The notes: a model not told the origin generated them from the letters alone. Positions 35,277 to 45,615 are shown, numbered from the stretch's first letter. The stretch is 64,000 bases of DNA from Longimicrobiales bacterium (GCA_965198065.1 CBDAON010000004.1:2560001-2624000), one strand, 5' to 3'. A program made the numbers and translations.

Positions 35277-37315
35277 TCTCCGCCGCAGGGATTCTCATCA
35301 TCTTGCTCGGGGCGGCCGGAATGATTCTGGCCGCCCTGTTGTATCTCAGGGCGGAGATCCACGTCCGGGGAAGACGGGCGCTCCTCGGGCTACGGCTCGG
35401 AGCTCTCGCCGTCGTGCTCCTCCTCCTGCTGGACGTCCGACTTCCGGGAGAGGATCCGAGTCGGGAGCCGCGAACGGGGGTGAAGTGGGTGCTCGTGGAT
35501 CCCGACCTGTCGCTGGTCGTGCCCTCGGGGACGAACGGGTCCCTGTGGGATGCCGGGATCGATCGAGTCGAGACGGAGGTCGCGACGGGTGCCCAGGTGG
35601 CCTTCGCGACGCCGGGAACGAGCGGGCCGGAGGGGGCGGATCTCTCGGGACTCGTGCTCCGGACGCCGTCCCACCCACCGGGGGACCTGGCGGAAGGGAT
35701 TGCCCGCCTGGCCGAAGCGGGAGCGGACTCGATCGTCGTCCTGTCGTCGTTCCGGCGTCCGCCGGGCTTCCTCGAGGTGCTGGAGCGGAGGACCCCGGTA
35801 GCCGTGCGGCTCGACCGGCTCGGCGGGGAGCCCGTCCGGAACGCCGGGATGGCCGAGCTCGTCCTTCCCGCCGCCCGGTCCGCGGGGCAGCCGGTCACGG
35901 GAAGGGTCTCGGTCTTCGGAGAGGGGGGGGCGGCCGGCGACACCGTCGCGGTGGAGATCCGATCCGGCGGGACGCTCGTGGACGCCGTCCGGCTTCCGCT
36001 TCCCGGCCCTGGCGCGCTGGCGTCCGCCGAGGTCCGCCTGCCGCCCACTCCCGACACGGGCCTCTTCCGCGTCACCGCGCGGGCGCTGCTCGAGGGGGAC
36101 GCCTTTCCGCCCGACGACGAGCTCGCCCGGTGGATTCGCGCGGGTGAGCTCGAGAGCGGCATCGTGCTCGTCTCGTTCGAGCCGGGGTGGGGGCCTCGGT
36201 ACCTCCTTCCCGTGCTCGAGGCTGTCACGGGGCTTCCGGGCGAGGGATATCTCGCGCTCGGGGACGGCCGGTTCCTCCCGCTGGGAGACGGAGAGGAGAA
36301 CCTCGCAATTGTCGGGCTCGAGTTCTTCCTCGACCGGACGAACCGAGCGGCGCTCCTCGTCCTCCACGGAACCGGGGAGTCGATCCCGCCCTGGGCATCG
36401 AGCGCTGCGGCCGCTCACCCCGCCGTCCTCCACTTTCCCGTGGGTGCCGGAGGCGCGGCCTTGGCCGGCATCGAGCTGGGCTCGACGGTGGCCGAGGAGC
36501 GAGTCGTCGATCCGCAGCTTCCTGCGTCCGCGGTGTCCCCCTTTCTCTCGGGCGTTGGGCTCGGCGGCCTCCCGGCGGTGACGGCACGTCTATCGATCGG
36601 TGAGCCCTCGAGCACGCAGGTGGCCGTCCGGGGGCGACCTGCGGCGGGTGGGAACGAGGCCCCTCTTCTCTTCCTGGACGAGACCGAGGCGGGACGCCGT
36701 GCCGTGTCCCTGGCGGACGGGTTCTGGCGCTGGGGAAGCCGCGACGGTGAGGCGCGAGACGCGTACCGAGCGCTCTGGGGTGGGGTCGCGAGCTGGCTCC
36801 TCGACCGTGCGGACCCCCTCGTCGAAGAGGGCGTCCGTCCGGCGGCTCAGGTGCAGCCCCGCGGCGTTCCCGTGCGGTGGGAAGTGTCTCCGGGCTTGGA
36901 GGGTGCCGAGCTGAGCCTCTTTCCAGTTCAGGTCCAGGACGGCCCTCTTCCGACGGACGGAGAGGGCGTCTCCGGTGCCGCCGAGTTCCGTGGGCTGATG
37001 ACACCCGGCGAGGACGGGATCGCCTCGACGCCCGCGATGGACCCGGGCGTCTACCGCTTCGAGGTACGGGATCCGGGCACGGGGCTGAACGGTCCCCTCC
37101 TCACGGCGGGGCTCGTGGAGGTCGAGGCGTGGGCCCCGTCGCTCCGCCATCCGCCACTGGACGTTCCCGAGCGACTGGACCCGGCGCCCTTGGAGGATGC
37201 GGGCGTGGCCGAGAGCGCGGGACGTCCGCTTCGGACCCATCCCCTTCCGTACTTCGTGCTCCTCGGTTTCCTCTGCGGGGAATGGCTCGGGCGCCGGCGG
37301 GTCGGACTCCGGTAA
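35273..37315 (+). CDS. hypothetical membrane-anchored protein (two N-terminal TMs, large soluble region, C-terminal TM)
   Basis: Hydrophobic termini, C-terminal EWLGRRRVGL, G.WRW motif; GTGA overlap with the M23 gene. Confidence 0.7.
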   Translation: MISAAGILIILLGAAGMILAALLYLRAEIHVRGRRALLGLRLGALAVVLLLLLDVRLPGEDPSREPRTGVKWVLVDPDLSLVVPSGTNGSLWDAGIDRVETEVATGAQVAFATPGTSGPEGADLSGLVLRTPSHPPGDLAEGIARLAEAGADSIVVLSSFRRPPGFLEVLERRTPVAVRLDRLGGEPVRNAGMAELVLPAARSAGQPVTGRVSVFGEGGAAGDTVAVEIRSGGTLVDAVRLPLPGPGALASAEVRLPPTPDTGLFRVTARALLEGDAFPPDDELARWIRAGELESGIVLVSFEPGWGPRYLLPVLEAVTGLPGEGYLALGDGRFLPLGDGEENLAIVGLEFFLDRTNRAALLVLHGTGESIPPWASSAAAAHPAVLHFPVGAGGAALAGIELGSTVAEERVVDPQLPASAVSPFLSGVGLGGLPAVTARLSIGEPSSTQVAVRGRPAAGGNEAPLLFLDETEAGRRAVSLADGFWRWGSRDGEARDAYRALWGGVASWLLDRADPLVEEGVRPAAQVQPRGVPVRWEVSPGLEGAELSLFPVQVQDGPLPTDGEGVSGAAEFRGLMTPGEDGIASTPAMDPGVYRFEVRDPGTGLNGPLLTAGLVEVEAWAPSLRHPPLDVPERLDPAPLEDAGVAESAGRPLRTHPLPYFVLLGFLCGEWLGRRRVGLR

Positions 37316-37325
37316 CGAGGCGTCG

Positions 37326-38249
37326 GTGCGACTGTTCCGGACGGCGGAGGAGGAGAGGAGCGGGCTCTGGAAGCGGGCCCTGGACCTCGCCCTGACGGAC
37401 GTGAGGGTCCTCGCGGGCGGGCTGGATCACGAGACGTTCGAGCAGCTCGATGAGAGGCTCCTCGCCGCCGACTTCGGAGTGAAGGCGACGCTGCACCTCG
37501 TGGATCACGTGGAGGGGCTGGCCCGCCAAGGGAAGGTCTCCGCCGGGAGCGGCCTCCGGGAAGCCCTGAGAGGAGAGGTCGCGCGGATCCTCGAGGCGGT
37601 CCAGGACAGCGGCCTCGCGGAGGCGGCCGACGGACCCACGGTCTACGTGATTGTCGGAGTGAATGGGGTCGGAAAGACGACGTCCGTCGCGAAGCTGGCC
37701 CATCGGATCACGGGGGAGGGACGATCCGTCCTGGTCGCCGCGGGGGACACCTTCCGGGCGGGTGCCGTGAGCCAGCTGGAGGAGTGGGCGAGGCGCACGG
37801 GCGCTGAGCTCGTCCGGGGGTCGGAAGGAGCGGATCCCGCGGCCGTGGCCTTCGACGCGCTCGAGGCCGCCCGGGCCCGGGGCACGGACGTGGTGCTGGT
37901 GGACACGGCGGGCCGCCTCCACACGCACCGCGGGCTCATGGACGAGCTCCGGAAGCTGGACCGCGTGATCCGGCGAAGGATCAAGGGGGCGCCGCACGAG
38001 ACGCTTCTCGTGCTCGACGCGACCGTGGGTCAGAACGCCGTCTCCCAGGTCCGCGAGTTTCAGGGGGTGGTGTCCCCGACGGGGATCATCCTGGCCAAGC
38101 TGGATTCGACCGCACGCGGCGGAATCGTGGTCGCGCTCGCGAATGAGTTCGACCTTGGGGTCAAGCTCGTGGGGGTGGGCGAGGCCGTGGAAGACCTCGA
38201 GCCCTTCGATCCGGAGGCCTTCCTAGCGGGCGTCTTCGAGGGCCCGTGA
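37326..38249 (+). CDS. ftsY: signal recognition particle receptor FtsY (NG domain only)
   Basis: GVNGVGKTT, DTFRAGA, DTAGR, DATVGQNA, KLDSTARGG, GVGE. Confidence 0.96.
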   Translation: MRLFRTAEEERSGLWKRALDLALTDVRVLAGGLDHETFEQLDERLLAADFGVKATLHLVDHVEGLARQGKVSAGSGLREALRGEVARILEAVQDSGLAEAADGPTVYVIVGVNGVGKTTSVAKLAHRITGEGRSVLVAAGDTFRAGAVSQLEEWARRTGAELVRGSEGADPAAVAFDALEAARARGTDVVLVDTAGRLHTHRGLMDELRKLDRVIRRRIKGAPHETLLVLDATVGQNAVSQVREFQGVVSPTGIILAKLDSTARGGIVVALANEFDLGVKLVGVGEAVEDLEPFDPEAFLAGVFEGP

Positions 38250-38253
38250 TCCG

Positions 38254-40407
38254 ATGGACTACTCCCAGCTGGACCGACCCGTCCAGTTCCTGAAGGCCGT
38301 GGGCCCGCGCCGGTCCGACGCCCTGAAGAAGCTCGGAGTCGGCACGGCCAGGGACCTCCTCTTCCACGTTCCTCGCCGTTACGACGACGCCTCGACGATA
38401 CGACCGATCGCCCGCCTCACCGTGGGCATGGACGTGACGGCCGTGGGACGGGTCCGCTCCAAGGGGATCGTCCCGACGCGCTCCGGGCTCAGGATCTTCC
38501 AGGCGGTGCTCGAGGACGAAAGCGGCACCATCACCTCGTCTTGGCCCGGTCAGCCGTGGCTGGACCGGAAGATCCGGGAGGGCGACGAGCTTCTGGTGAC
38601 GGGCCCGGTCAAGCACTACCACGGGCGCCAGATCCACCCGCGCGAGTTCACGATCCTCTCCCGTGCTCGGCGTCCGGGGGGGGAGGCTGAGGGCGTGGAT
38701 GGACAGCCCGCCGGAGCTGCTGGCCCGGGTGAGAAGCCGAGGGGCGCGATTTTCGTAACCTATCCGGCGGTGGACGAGGTCCCCCAGTGGGTGCTCCGCG
38801 CCATCTTCCAGCGGAACCTGGACTGGCTCCTGGACCAGATTCTCGAGGAGGAGTACCTCCCCGAGGAGACCCGGGATGCCCTCGGGCTGACCGGCCTGCG
38901 AGACGCCTTCCAGCGCGTGCACCGTCCGTCCTCGATCGAGGATCCGGAGGAGGGTCGGCGGCGGCTCGCCTTCGACGAGCTCTTTTTTCTGCAGCTCGTA
39001 CAAGCCCTCGTTCGCTACCGGACGTCCGAGGCGGAGCCCGGGATCCGATTCCAGCGGACGAACGCCCTGATCCGTCCCCTCCACGACGGACTTCCCTTCC
39101 CGCTGACCGACGCGCAGGCCCGCGTCTTGAAGGAGATCTACGACGACCTGACGTCGGGCCGCCGCATGAACCGGTTCCTTCAGGGAGACGTGGGGGCGGG
39201 AAAGACCCTCGTGGCCTTTTTCTCCATGCTTCTCGCGGCTGAAAGCGGATACCAGTCTGCGCTCATGGCGCCGACCGAGCTCCTGGCGGAGCAGCACGCC
39301 GCCACGCTCCGCGGGCTGATCGAGAGCGCAGGACTCGCTCTGGAAGTCGTGCTGCTCACGGGCCGCATGGGGGCGCAGGACAAGCGAAGCTCTCTTGCGG
39401 CGCTCGCGGCAGGGCCCCCAGCCTTCATTGCCGTCGGCACCCACGCTCTGATCCAGGAGGGAACCCGTTTCGCGAGGCTCGGGCTCGTCGTGGTCGATGA
39501 GCAGCACCGCTTCGGGGTTCGACAGCGGATGGCGCTTGTGGACGGAGTCGCATCGGAGACGAAGCCCCACGTGCTCGTGATGTCGGCGACCCCGATCCCC
39601 CGCTCGCTCGCGATGACCCTCTACGGGGAGCTCGACCTGAGCATCCTGGACGAGCTCCCTCCGGGGAGGACGCCGGTCGAGACCCTCCTTCGGTTCCCGG
39701 GGAGGCGGGAGCAGGTCTACGCCCGCGTCCAAAAGGAGCTCGCCCGGGGGCATCAGGGCTACGTCATCTATCCACAGGTGCAGGAGTCGGAGAAGACCGA
39801 CCTCCGGGCGGCCACGGAGGAATACGAGCGCCTCTCGGGAAAGGTCTTCCATGAGTGGAAAGTCGGCCTCTTGCACGGCCAGCTCCCCGCGGAGGAGAGA
39901 GACCGGGTGATGCGAGGGTTTCGGGACGGAGAGTTGGATCTGATCGTGGCCACGTCCGTCGTCGAGGTCGGAATCGACGTGCCCAACGCGACGTTTATCG
40001 TGATCGAGCACGCGGAGCGCTTCGGCCTGAGCCAGCTCCATCAGCTCCGGGGCCGCGTGGGGCGGGGGACCGCGCCAGCGGTTTGCATGCTCATCGCCGA
40101 GGCAGGGGGCGAGACGGGCGAGCGGTTGAAGGTGTTCCGGGACACGAACGATGGGTTCCGAATTGCCCAGGCGGACTTGAGGATTCGGGGCCCGGGCGAT
40201 CTCTTCGGGGCCCAACAGCACGGTCGGGATCCGCTGCTCAGGTTCGCGGACCTTAGCCGGGACGAGCCGCTGCTCGACCGGGCCCGGTCCCTTGCCCGGG
40301 GGGTCGTGGATGAGGATCCGGAGCTCTCGCGCCCCGAGCACCAGCGGATTCGGGACTTGCTCGAGAGGCGGCACCAGGAGCGCCTGAAGATGTGGAAGGT
40401 GGGCTGA
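38254..40407 (+). CDS. recG: ATP-dependent DNA helicase RecG
   Basis: RRLAFDELF, QGDVGAGKT, DEQHRFG, MSATPIPRSL, QLHQLRGRVGRG, DL.IRGPG. Confidence 0.97.
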   Translation: MDYSQLDRPVQFLKAVGPRRSDALKKLGVGTARDLLFHVPRRYDDASTIRPIARLTVGMDVTAVGRVRSKGIVPTRSGLRIFQAVLEDESGTITSSWPGQPWLDRKIREGDELLVTGPVKHYHGRQIHPREFTILSRARRPGGEAEGVDGQPAGAAGPGEKPRGAIFVTYPAVDEVPQWVLRAIFQRNLDWLLDQILEEEYLPEETRDALGLTGLRDAFQRVHRPSSIEDPEEGRRRLAFDELFFLQLVQALVRYRTSEAEPGIRFQRTNALIRPLHDGLPFPLTDAQARVLKEIYDDLTSGRRMNRFLQGDVGAGKTLVAFFSMLLAAESGYQSALMAPTELLAEQHAATLRGLIESAGLALEVVLLTGRMGAQDKRSSLAALAAGPPAFIAVGTHALIQEGTRFARLGLVVVDEQHRFGVRQRMALVDGVASETKPHVLVMSATPIPRSLAMTLYGELDLSILDELPPGRTPVETLLRFPGRREQVYARVQKELARGHQGYVIYPQVQESEKTDLRAATEEYERLSGKVFHEWKVGLLHGQLPAEERDRVMRGFRDGELDLIVATSVVEVGIDVPNATFIVIEHAERFGLSQLHQLRGRVGRGTAPAVCMLIAEAGGETGERLKVFRDTNDGFRIAQADLRIRGPGDLFGAQQHGRDPLLRFADLSRDEPLLDRARSLARGVVDEDPELSRPEHQRIRDLLERRHQERLKMWKVG

Positions 40408-40471
40408 CTCCTGGGGATGCTCGGCGCAGAGCGTCGCTGGCCGAGCGAAGGGACCAACCACGGAGGAATGG

Positions 40472-41773
40472 ATGACGGTCGCGCGCTACACGGAGGTCCG
40501 GGACCTCCACGCTCACGAGGGGGACGAGGTGACGGTTGCCGGATGGGTGGAGGGGCTCCGCACGCACGGGAAGGTCGCGTTCGCGCTCGTCCGCGACGGG
40601 ACCGGGGTCGTCCAGTGCGTGGTGGCCCGAAAGGAGGTGGGGGAAGAGGCTTGGGAGCAAGCCGTTCAGCTCACGCAGGAGACCTCGGTCGCGGTGCGCG
40701 GATCGGTCCGGGCGGACACGCGCTCCCCGGGCGGATACGAGCTTGGCCTCGTCGGGCTCGAGGTCCTTCACCGCTCGGAGGAGTACCCCATCCAGCCCAA
40801 GGAGCACGGTGTCGAGTTCCTCATGGACCATCGCCATCTCTGGATCCGTTCCACCCTCCAGCGGGCAGTCCTACGGGTACGCTCCGAGGTCATTCAGGCG
40901 GTCCACGACTTCTTCTACGGGCGAGGTTTCACCCGGATCGACAGCCCGATTCTCACGGGCTCGATCGGGGAGTCCGCGGGCACCCTGTTCTCGACGGACT
41001 ACTTCGGGGAAACGGCCTACCTGGCCCAGACCGGCCAGCTCTACATCGAGGCTGCGTGTCCCGCCTTTCGGAAGGTCTACTGCTTCGGCCCCACCTTTCG
41101 CGCGGAGAAGTCCAAGACGCGGCGGCACCTGACCGAGTTCTGGATGGTCGAGCCCGAGGTCGCGTTCGCTGACTCCGACGCGAACATGGCCCTCCAAGAA
41201 GAGCTCGTGAGCTATCTCGTGGGGCGTGCCCTGGAGCGGTGCGCGCCAGAGCTGCGGGCGCTCGAGCGCGACACGTCGAGGCTCGAGGCCGTCCAACCTC
41301 CCTTCCCGAGGATCCCGTACACGGAGGCCGTCGAGATCCTTCGCTCGAAGGGGAGCCAGATCGAGTGGGGCCAGGACCTGGCCGGGTCGGACGAGACACT
41401 CCTCGCGGGCGAGTTCGAGGTCCCCGTCATGGTGTACAACTACCCGCGCGAGGCGAAGGCCTTCTATATGAAGGAGAACCCCGACGACCCCCGTACCGTG
41501 CTGTCGAACGACATGATCGCCCCGGAGGGGTACGGGGAGATCATCGGAGGAAGCCAGCGCGAGGATGACCCGCGTCGCCTGGTCGCCAGGATCCGTGCCG
41601 AGGGACTCCCGGAGGAGGCGTACTCCTGGTACCTGGACCTCCGCCGCTACGGTACGTTCGTCCACTCGGGGTTCGGTCTCGGCATCGAGCGGACCGTCGC
41701 GTGGATCACGGGGCGCCCCCACGTCCGTGAGCTCATTCCCTTCCCACGGCTGATGAACCGGCTGACCCCTTGA
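40472..41773 (+). CDS. asnS: asparagine--tRNA ligase
   Basis: OB fold (RDGTG..Q), YPIQPKEHG, FGPTFRAEKSKTRRHLTEFWM, GEIIGGSQRE, HSGFGLGIER. Confidence 0.96.
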   Translation: MTVARYTEVRDLHAHEGDEVTVAGWVEGLRTHGKVAFALVRDGTGVVQCVVARKEVGEEAWEQAVQLTQETSVAVRGSVRADTRSPGGYELGLVGLEVLHRSEEYPIQPKEHGVEFLMDHRHLWIRSTLQRAVLRVRSEVIQAVHDFFYGRGFTRIDSPILTGSIGESAGTLFSTDYFGETAYLAQTGQLYIEAACPAFRKVYCFGPTFRAEKSKTRRHLTEFWMVEPEVAFADSDANMALQEELVSYLVGRALERCAPELRALERDTSRLEAVQPPFPRIPYTEAVEILRSKGSQIEWGQDLAGSDETLLAGEFEVPVMVYNYPREAKAFYMKENPDDPRTVLSNDMIAPEGYGEIIGGSQREDDPRRLVARIRAEGLPEEAYSWYLDLRRYGTFVHSGFGLGIERTVAWITGRPHVRELIPFPRLMNRLTP

Positions 41774-41944
41774 CGTCTCCGCCAGGGCCTGGCCCAGTGG
41801 TGGGTTCGTTTTGACCCACTATCCCTGGCCCACGGTCCTTGCCCCCTGCCCCCGGACGGCCACAGTATGCCGGGGATCAGCCGCTAGTCCGAGGCGACGG
41901 TGCGAGACCGATTCGACCGATACCCGATCCGACGAGGAAAGCCC

Positions 41945-43117
41945 ATGTTGCGATCCGACCGCGTGAACCCGACAACTCTTCTTGGTCTCTCGCTCCTCTT
42001 CTTAGCCGGTTGCGGAGGGGCGCCCGAGGAGACCGCGTCTGCCGAGTCCGCGATGCCGGCCGAGGCCGAGGGGGGATTCAATCTGCCGCCGAGCGGAACC
42101 ACCGGAACGCCCGCGGATCAGACGCCCGACCCGGCTGCAGCCGGCCTCCCGAACCCGAACCCCACGCTGGTCACGAACTGGGGCCCGCTTCCCGGGGGAC
42201 GTGAATGGGGGTCCACGGCCGGAATCGACGTCGGTCCGGACGGCCACATCTGGGCCTATGACCGGTGTGGCGCGGGCGGCGGGTGCGACCAAGACCGGAC
42301 GTTGGATCCGGTCTTCAAGTTTGACCGGAACACCGGGGAGGTCCTTACGAGCTTCGGCGCCGGCTTCTTCATGACGCCCCACGGGATCCACGCGGACGAC
42401 GAGGGGAACGTCTGGGTCACGGACTACCAGGGGAACGACGAGGGCACCAAGGGCCACCAGGTGTTCAAGTTCAGTCCCGAGGGCGAGGTCCTGATGCGCC
42501 TCGGTGTCGCGGGCGTCACCGGGAGCGACGGCCAGCACCTCAACCAGCCGACCGACGTGATCGTCGCGCCGAACGGGGACATTTTCGTATCGGACGGGCA
42601 CAGCGGACAGGGATCGGACCCGGCTCCGGGATCCACCGGCCGGATCATGAAGTTCAGCTCGACCGGCCAGTTCATCATGCAGTGGGGACAGATCGGAAAC
42701 GGCCCTGGGGAATTCCGGACGCCTCACGCGCTCGAATTCGACTCGCGCGGGCGTCTCTACGTGGCCGACCGCGGGAACCACCGCATCCAGATCTTCGACC
42801 AGGAGGGGAACCTGCTCGACACGTACTATCAGTACAGCCGGATCAGCGGCATCTTCATCACCGCTGACGATATGCTGTACGCGATTGACTCCGAGACGAG
42901 CCCCACGGGCCATCCGGGGTGGATCAGCGGCATTCGCGTCGGCAGCGCGTTCGAGGATCGGGTCACCGCGTTCATTCCACCGCACGAGGGCGAATCGCGG
43001 CCCGTCGCTGGCGAGGGGGTGGCCGTGGACCAGGACGGCAACATCTACGCGGCCGAAGGACCGGCAGCGAGGCCCGTGGTCGACGGTGGAATCACGAAGT
43101 ACGTGCTGGGCATGTAG
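41945..43117 (+). CDS. NHL-repeat lipoprotein, peptidyl-alpha-hydroxyglycine alpha-amidating lyase-like beta-propeller
   Basis: Lipobox LAGC; repeats PHGI..D..GNVWVTD, NQPTDV..APNGDIFVSDGH, F.TPH....D..G.LYVADRGNHRIQIFD. Confidence 0.85.
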   Translation: MLRSDRVNPTTLLGLSLLFLAGCGGAPEETASAESAMPAEAEGGFNLPPSGTTGTPADQTPDPAAAGLPNPNPTLVTNWGPLPGGREWGSTAGIDVGPDGHIWAYDRCGAGGGCDQDRTLDPVFKFDRNTGEVLTSFGAGFFMTPHGIHADDEGNVWVTDYQGNDEGTKGHQVFKFSPEGEVLMRLGVAGVTGSDGQHLNQPTDVIVAPNGDIFVSDGHSGQGSDPAPGSTGRIMKFSSTGQFIMQWGQIGNGPGEFRTPHALEFDSRGRLYVADRGNHRIQIFDQEGNLLDTYYQYSRISGIFITADDMLYAIDSETSPTGHPGWISGIRVGSAFEDRVTAFIPPHEGESRPVAGEGVAVDQDGNIYAAEGPAARPVVDGGITKYVLGM

Positions 43118-43145
43118 CCAGAGAGCGGACGGGCCCGTGCTCGGG

Positions 43146-43610
43146 TCACTCGAGCGCCGCGAGGAGGAGGTCGAGCGCCAGGGTGTGTATCCCTGGCGCT
43201 TGGCTTTCCCTCGGGCCCGCGACGTTGAGCATGGGCGGACGGGAAAACGAGGCGAGCCAGGAGCGGACCCGGTCGGCCGGGAGCGGGCCGCTCGGGATCA
43301 GGTCGATCACGAGGACCGGCCGCCCGAGCCGCTTTGCGACCTCGAGCGTGTAGGCCGTCCCCCCAGCGGGGGGCCCTGCGGACAGGATGAGCGTGGCGTC
43401 GGCGTCCCGCACGTTCCGCTCCGTCCGATCCGCGTAGTCTGCTGTCGGGGTCTCGCGAAGGCCCGAGTACCGCTCGGGAATCACGCCGTCCTCGGCCCGT
43501 CGTCCCTTCGGCACCCAGCCGGCTCGCGGGATCCCGAGCGCGATGGCCGCGTCCAGGGCCGCGCGATCCACGCCCGTCTGGCCGCCGGACCGGATCTCCC
43601 GAACGCGCAC
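43146..43610 (-). CDS. putative molybdenum carrier / circularly permuted YpsA SLOG family protein
   Basis: SGGQTGVDRAALD, GWVPKGRRAEDG, RTERNVRDADATL, GGTAYT, LNVAGPRES. GTG 43610 follows GAGGGAAGG (ORF track start 43667). Confidence 0.85.
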   Translation of the reverse strand: MRVREIRSGGQTGVDRAALDAAIALGIPRAGWVPKGRRAEDGVIPERYSGLRETPTADYADRTERNVRDADATLILSAGPPAGGTAYTLEVAKRLGRPVLVIDLIPSGPLPADRVRSWLASFSRPPMLNVAGPRESQAPGIHTLALDLLLAALE

Positions 43611-43699
43611 GAGACGACCTTCCCTCACGACCCGGGGAGCGCCGGGTGGAGCGTGCGGATCCGACAACGCACCTCCCTCGGTCTCGGCCCGAGAGCTCG

Positions 43700-44737
43700 A
43701 TGGCTGACATCGTCGTGAACCTGCGGGACGGACGACCCATCTGGTCCCTTCCCGAGTGGGCCATCCGGGAATTGGCTGCCGCGCTTCCGACCGGGTGGAC
43801 GATGCACTTGGAGGATTCTGCCACGGACGGGTCGGGGGATGGCCGCGCGGCTCCCGACTCGGGCGTGATCCGGGTGATGGCAGGAGCCCGAATCTACCTG
43901 GGCTTTGGCGTCCCCGCGGAGGTTCTCGAGGCCGGCGAGGGAAGCCTCGAGTGGGTGCACTCGGCTGCGGCTGGGGTCGGAGGGTCGCTTCACGATGCGA
44001 TGCGGCGAAATCGGGTGCGCTTCACGAACTCGGCGGGGGTCCACGGCCCTCCGATCGCGGAAACCGTCGTGGCTATGCTCCTCCACTTCGCCCGCGGGCT
44101 CGACTTCACGGTCGCCGCCCAGCAGGCCGGGCGGTGGAACGACGCCCCCCTTCTCCGGGCCGACACCCCCGTTCGGGAGCTCTCGGGCATGAAGGTGGGG
44201 ATCCTCGGGTACGGGGGAATCGGACGGGAGGTCGGTCGGCGTCTGAGGGCCCTAGGCTCGGAGGTGTCGGGGCTCCGGCGGTCGCCTCCGGCCGTCGAGC
44301 GGGACGAGATGGGTGTCATGCTCCTCCATGGGGAAGACGGGCTCGTCCGGCTCCTCGGGGGAAGCGAGGCCCTCGTGGTCGCGGCGCCTGAGACGCAGGA
44401 GACCCGCGGCCTCCTGACCGCGGAGCGAATCCGCTCGCTCCCCCGGGGCGCGGTCCTCGTCAACGTCGCGCGAGGCCGGCTCGTGGACGAAGACGCGCTC
44501 GTGGATGCACTCCGCGACGGGCACCTGAGGGGGGCGGGACTCGACGTGTTCTCGACCGAGCCCCTCCCGGAGGGGCACCCGCTGTGGGGGCTCCCGAACG
44601 TGCTCATCACGCCTCACACGTCGGCCGTGTCGCGCGGGTTCTGGAGACGGGAAATGGAGCTGATCCTCGATAACCTCCGACGGTTCCTCGCGAACCAGAC
44701 GCTCCTGAACGAGGTGAGCCGCGAGCGGGGCTACTAA
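43700..44737 (+). CDS. D-2-hydroxyacid dehydrogenase family protein
   Basis: GILGYGGIG, VNVARG.LVDE, LDVF..EPLP, ITPH. Confidence 0.92.
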   Translation: MADIVVNLRDGRPIWSLPEWAIRELAAALPTGWTMHLEDSATDGSGDGRAAPDSGVIRVMAGARIYLGFGVPAEVLEAGEGSLEWVHSAAAGVGGSLHDAMRRNRVRFTNSAGVHGPPIAETVVAMLLHFARGLDFTVAAQQAGRWNDAPLLRADTPVRELSGMKVGILGYGGIGREVGRRLRALGSEVSGLRRSPPAVERDEMGVMLLHGEDGLVRLLGGSEALVVAAPETQETRGLLTAERIRSLPRGAVLVNVARGRLVDEDALVDALRDGHLRGAGLDVFSTEPLPEGHPLWGLPNVLITPHTSAVSRGFWRREMELILDNLRRFLANQTLLNEVSRERGY

Positions 44738-45615
44738 CCGCCCTCGGCTCCGGAGCGGTGCCCGGTTACGGGGCCTTCCCGTGAAGGCCCGGCCTCCGCG
44801 TCTCCCTCGCGCGCCTTTACCTCGTCCCAGAGAGCATCGAGCTCCCCGAGCGTCGCGCCGGGGATCGGGACGCCGCGCTCCTTTGCGAGCGCCTCCACGG
44901 ATCCAAATCGCCTCTGGAACTTGACGTTGGCCTGCTCGAGCGACGTGACGGCATGCGCTCCCGTCAGGCGGGCCAGGTTCACCACGGAGAAGAGGAGATC
45001 CCCCATCTCGGCCGCCAGGGTGTCCGGATCGCCCGCGGCCAACTCCCGCTCCACCTCCGCCAGCTCTTCCTTCACTTTGGCGAGTGCCCCAGCAGCCTCG
45101 CTCCAGTCGAACCCCACGCCCGCCACGCGCTCCTGGATGCGATGAGCCCTGAGGAGCGGGTCGAGGCCCTGGGCGAGCCCATCCAGCGGGGAGCGGTCGG
45201 CGCGCTCGCGCGCCTTGATCGCTTCCCACGCCTCACCCTCGCCCCCGAACAGATGTGGATGGCGCCGGACCATCTTCGCCTGGAGGAAGCTGACGACCTC
45301 GTCACGCGTGAAGCTCTCGTCCTCTTCCGCCACGACGATCTGGAACGCGACGTTTAGGAGCAGATCGCCGAGCTCCTCCAGCAGGGCTGACGGATCCCCT
45401 GAGTGGATCGCGTCCACGGTCTCGTGGGTCTCTTCGACGAGGTGGGGGACTAAAGAGCGCGCAGTCTGCTCCCGGTCCCAGGGACAGTTCGCGCGCAGGT
45501 ACTCGACGAGGGCGAGCGCGTTGTCGAGAGCGCCGGGGACGGGGGGGAACCGGCCCGTCGGGGCCTCCACCTCCACCTCCGCCCGCTCGCCCCCACCCTC
45601 GTCCCCGAGGACCAC
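44734..45615 (-). CDS. mazG: nucleoside triphosphate pyrophosphohydrolase MazG
   Basis: CPWDREQT, EELGDLL, KMVRRHPH, GFDW, EMGDLLFSVVNLAR. GTG 45615 follows GGGAGG. Confidence 0.93.
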   Translation of the reverse strand: MVLGDEGGGERAEVEVEAPTGRFPPVPGALDNALALVEYLRANCPWDREQTARSLVPHLVEETHETVDAIHSGDPSALLEELGDLLLNVAFQIVVAEEDESFTRDEVVSFLQAKMVRRHPHLFGGEGEAWEAIKARERADRSPLDGLAQGLDPLLRAHRIQERVAGVGFDWSEAAGALAKVKEELAEVERELAAGDPDTLAAEMGDLLFSVVNLARLTGAHAVTSLEQANVKFQRRFGSVEALAKERGVPIPGATLGELDALWDEVKAREGDAEAGPSREGPVTGHRSGAEGG

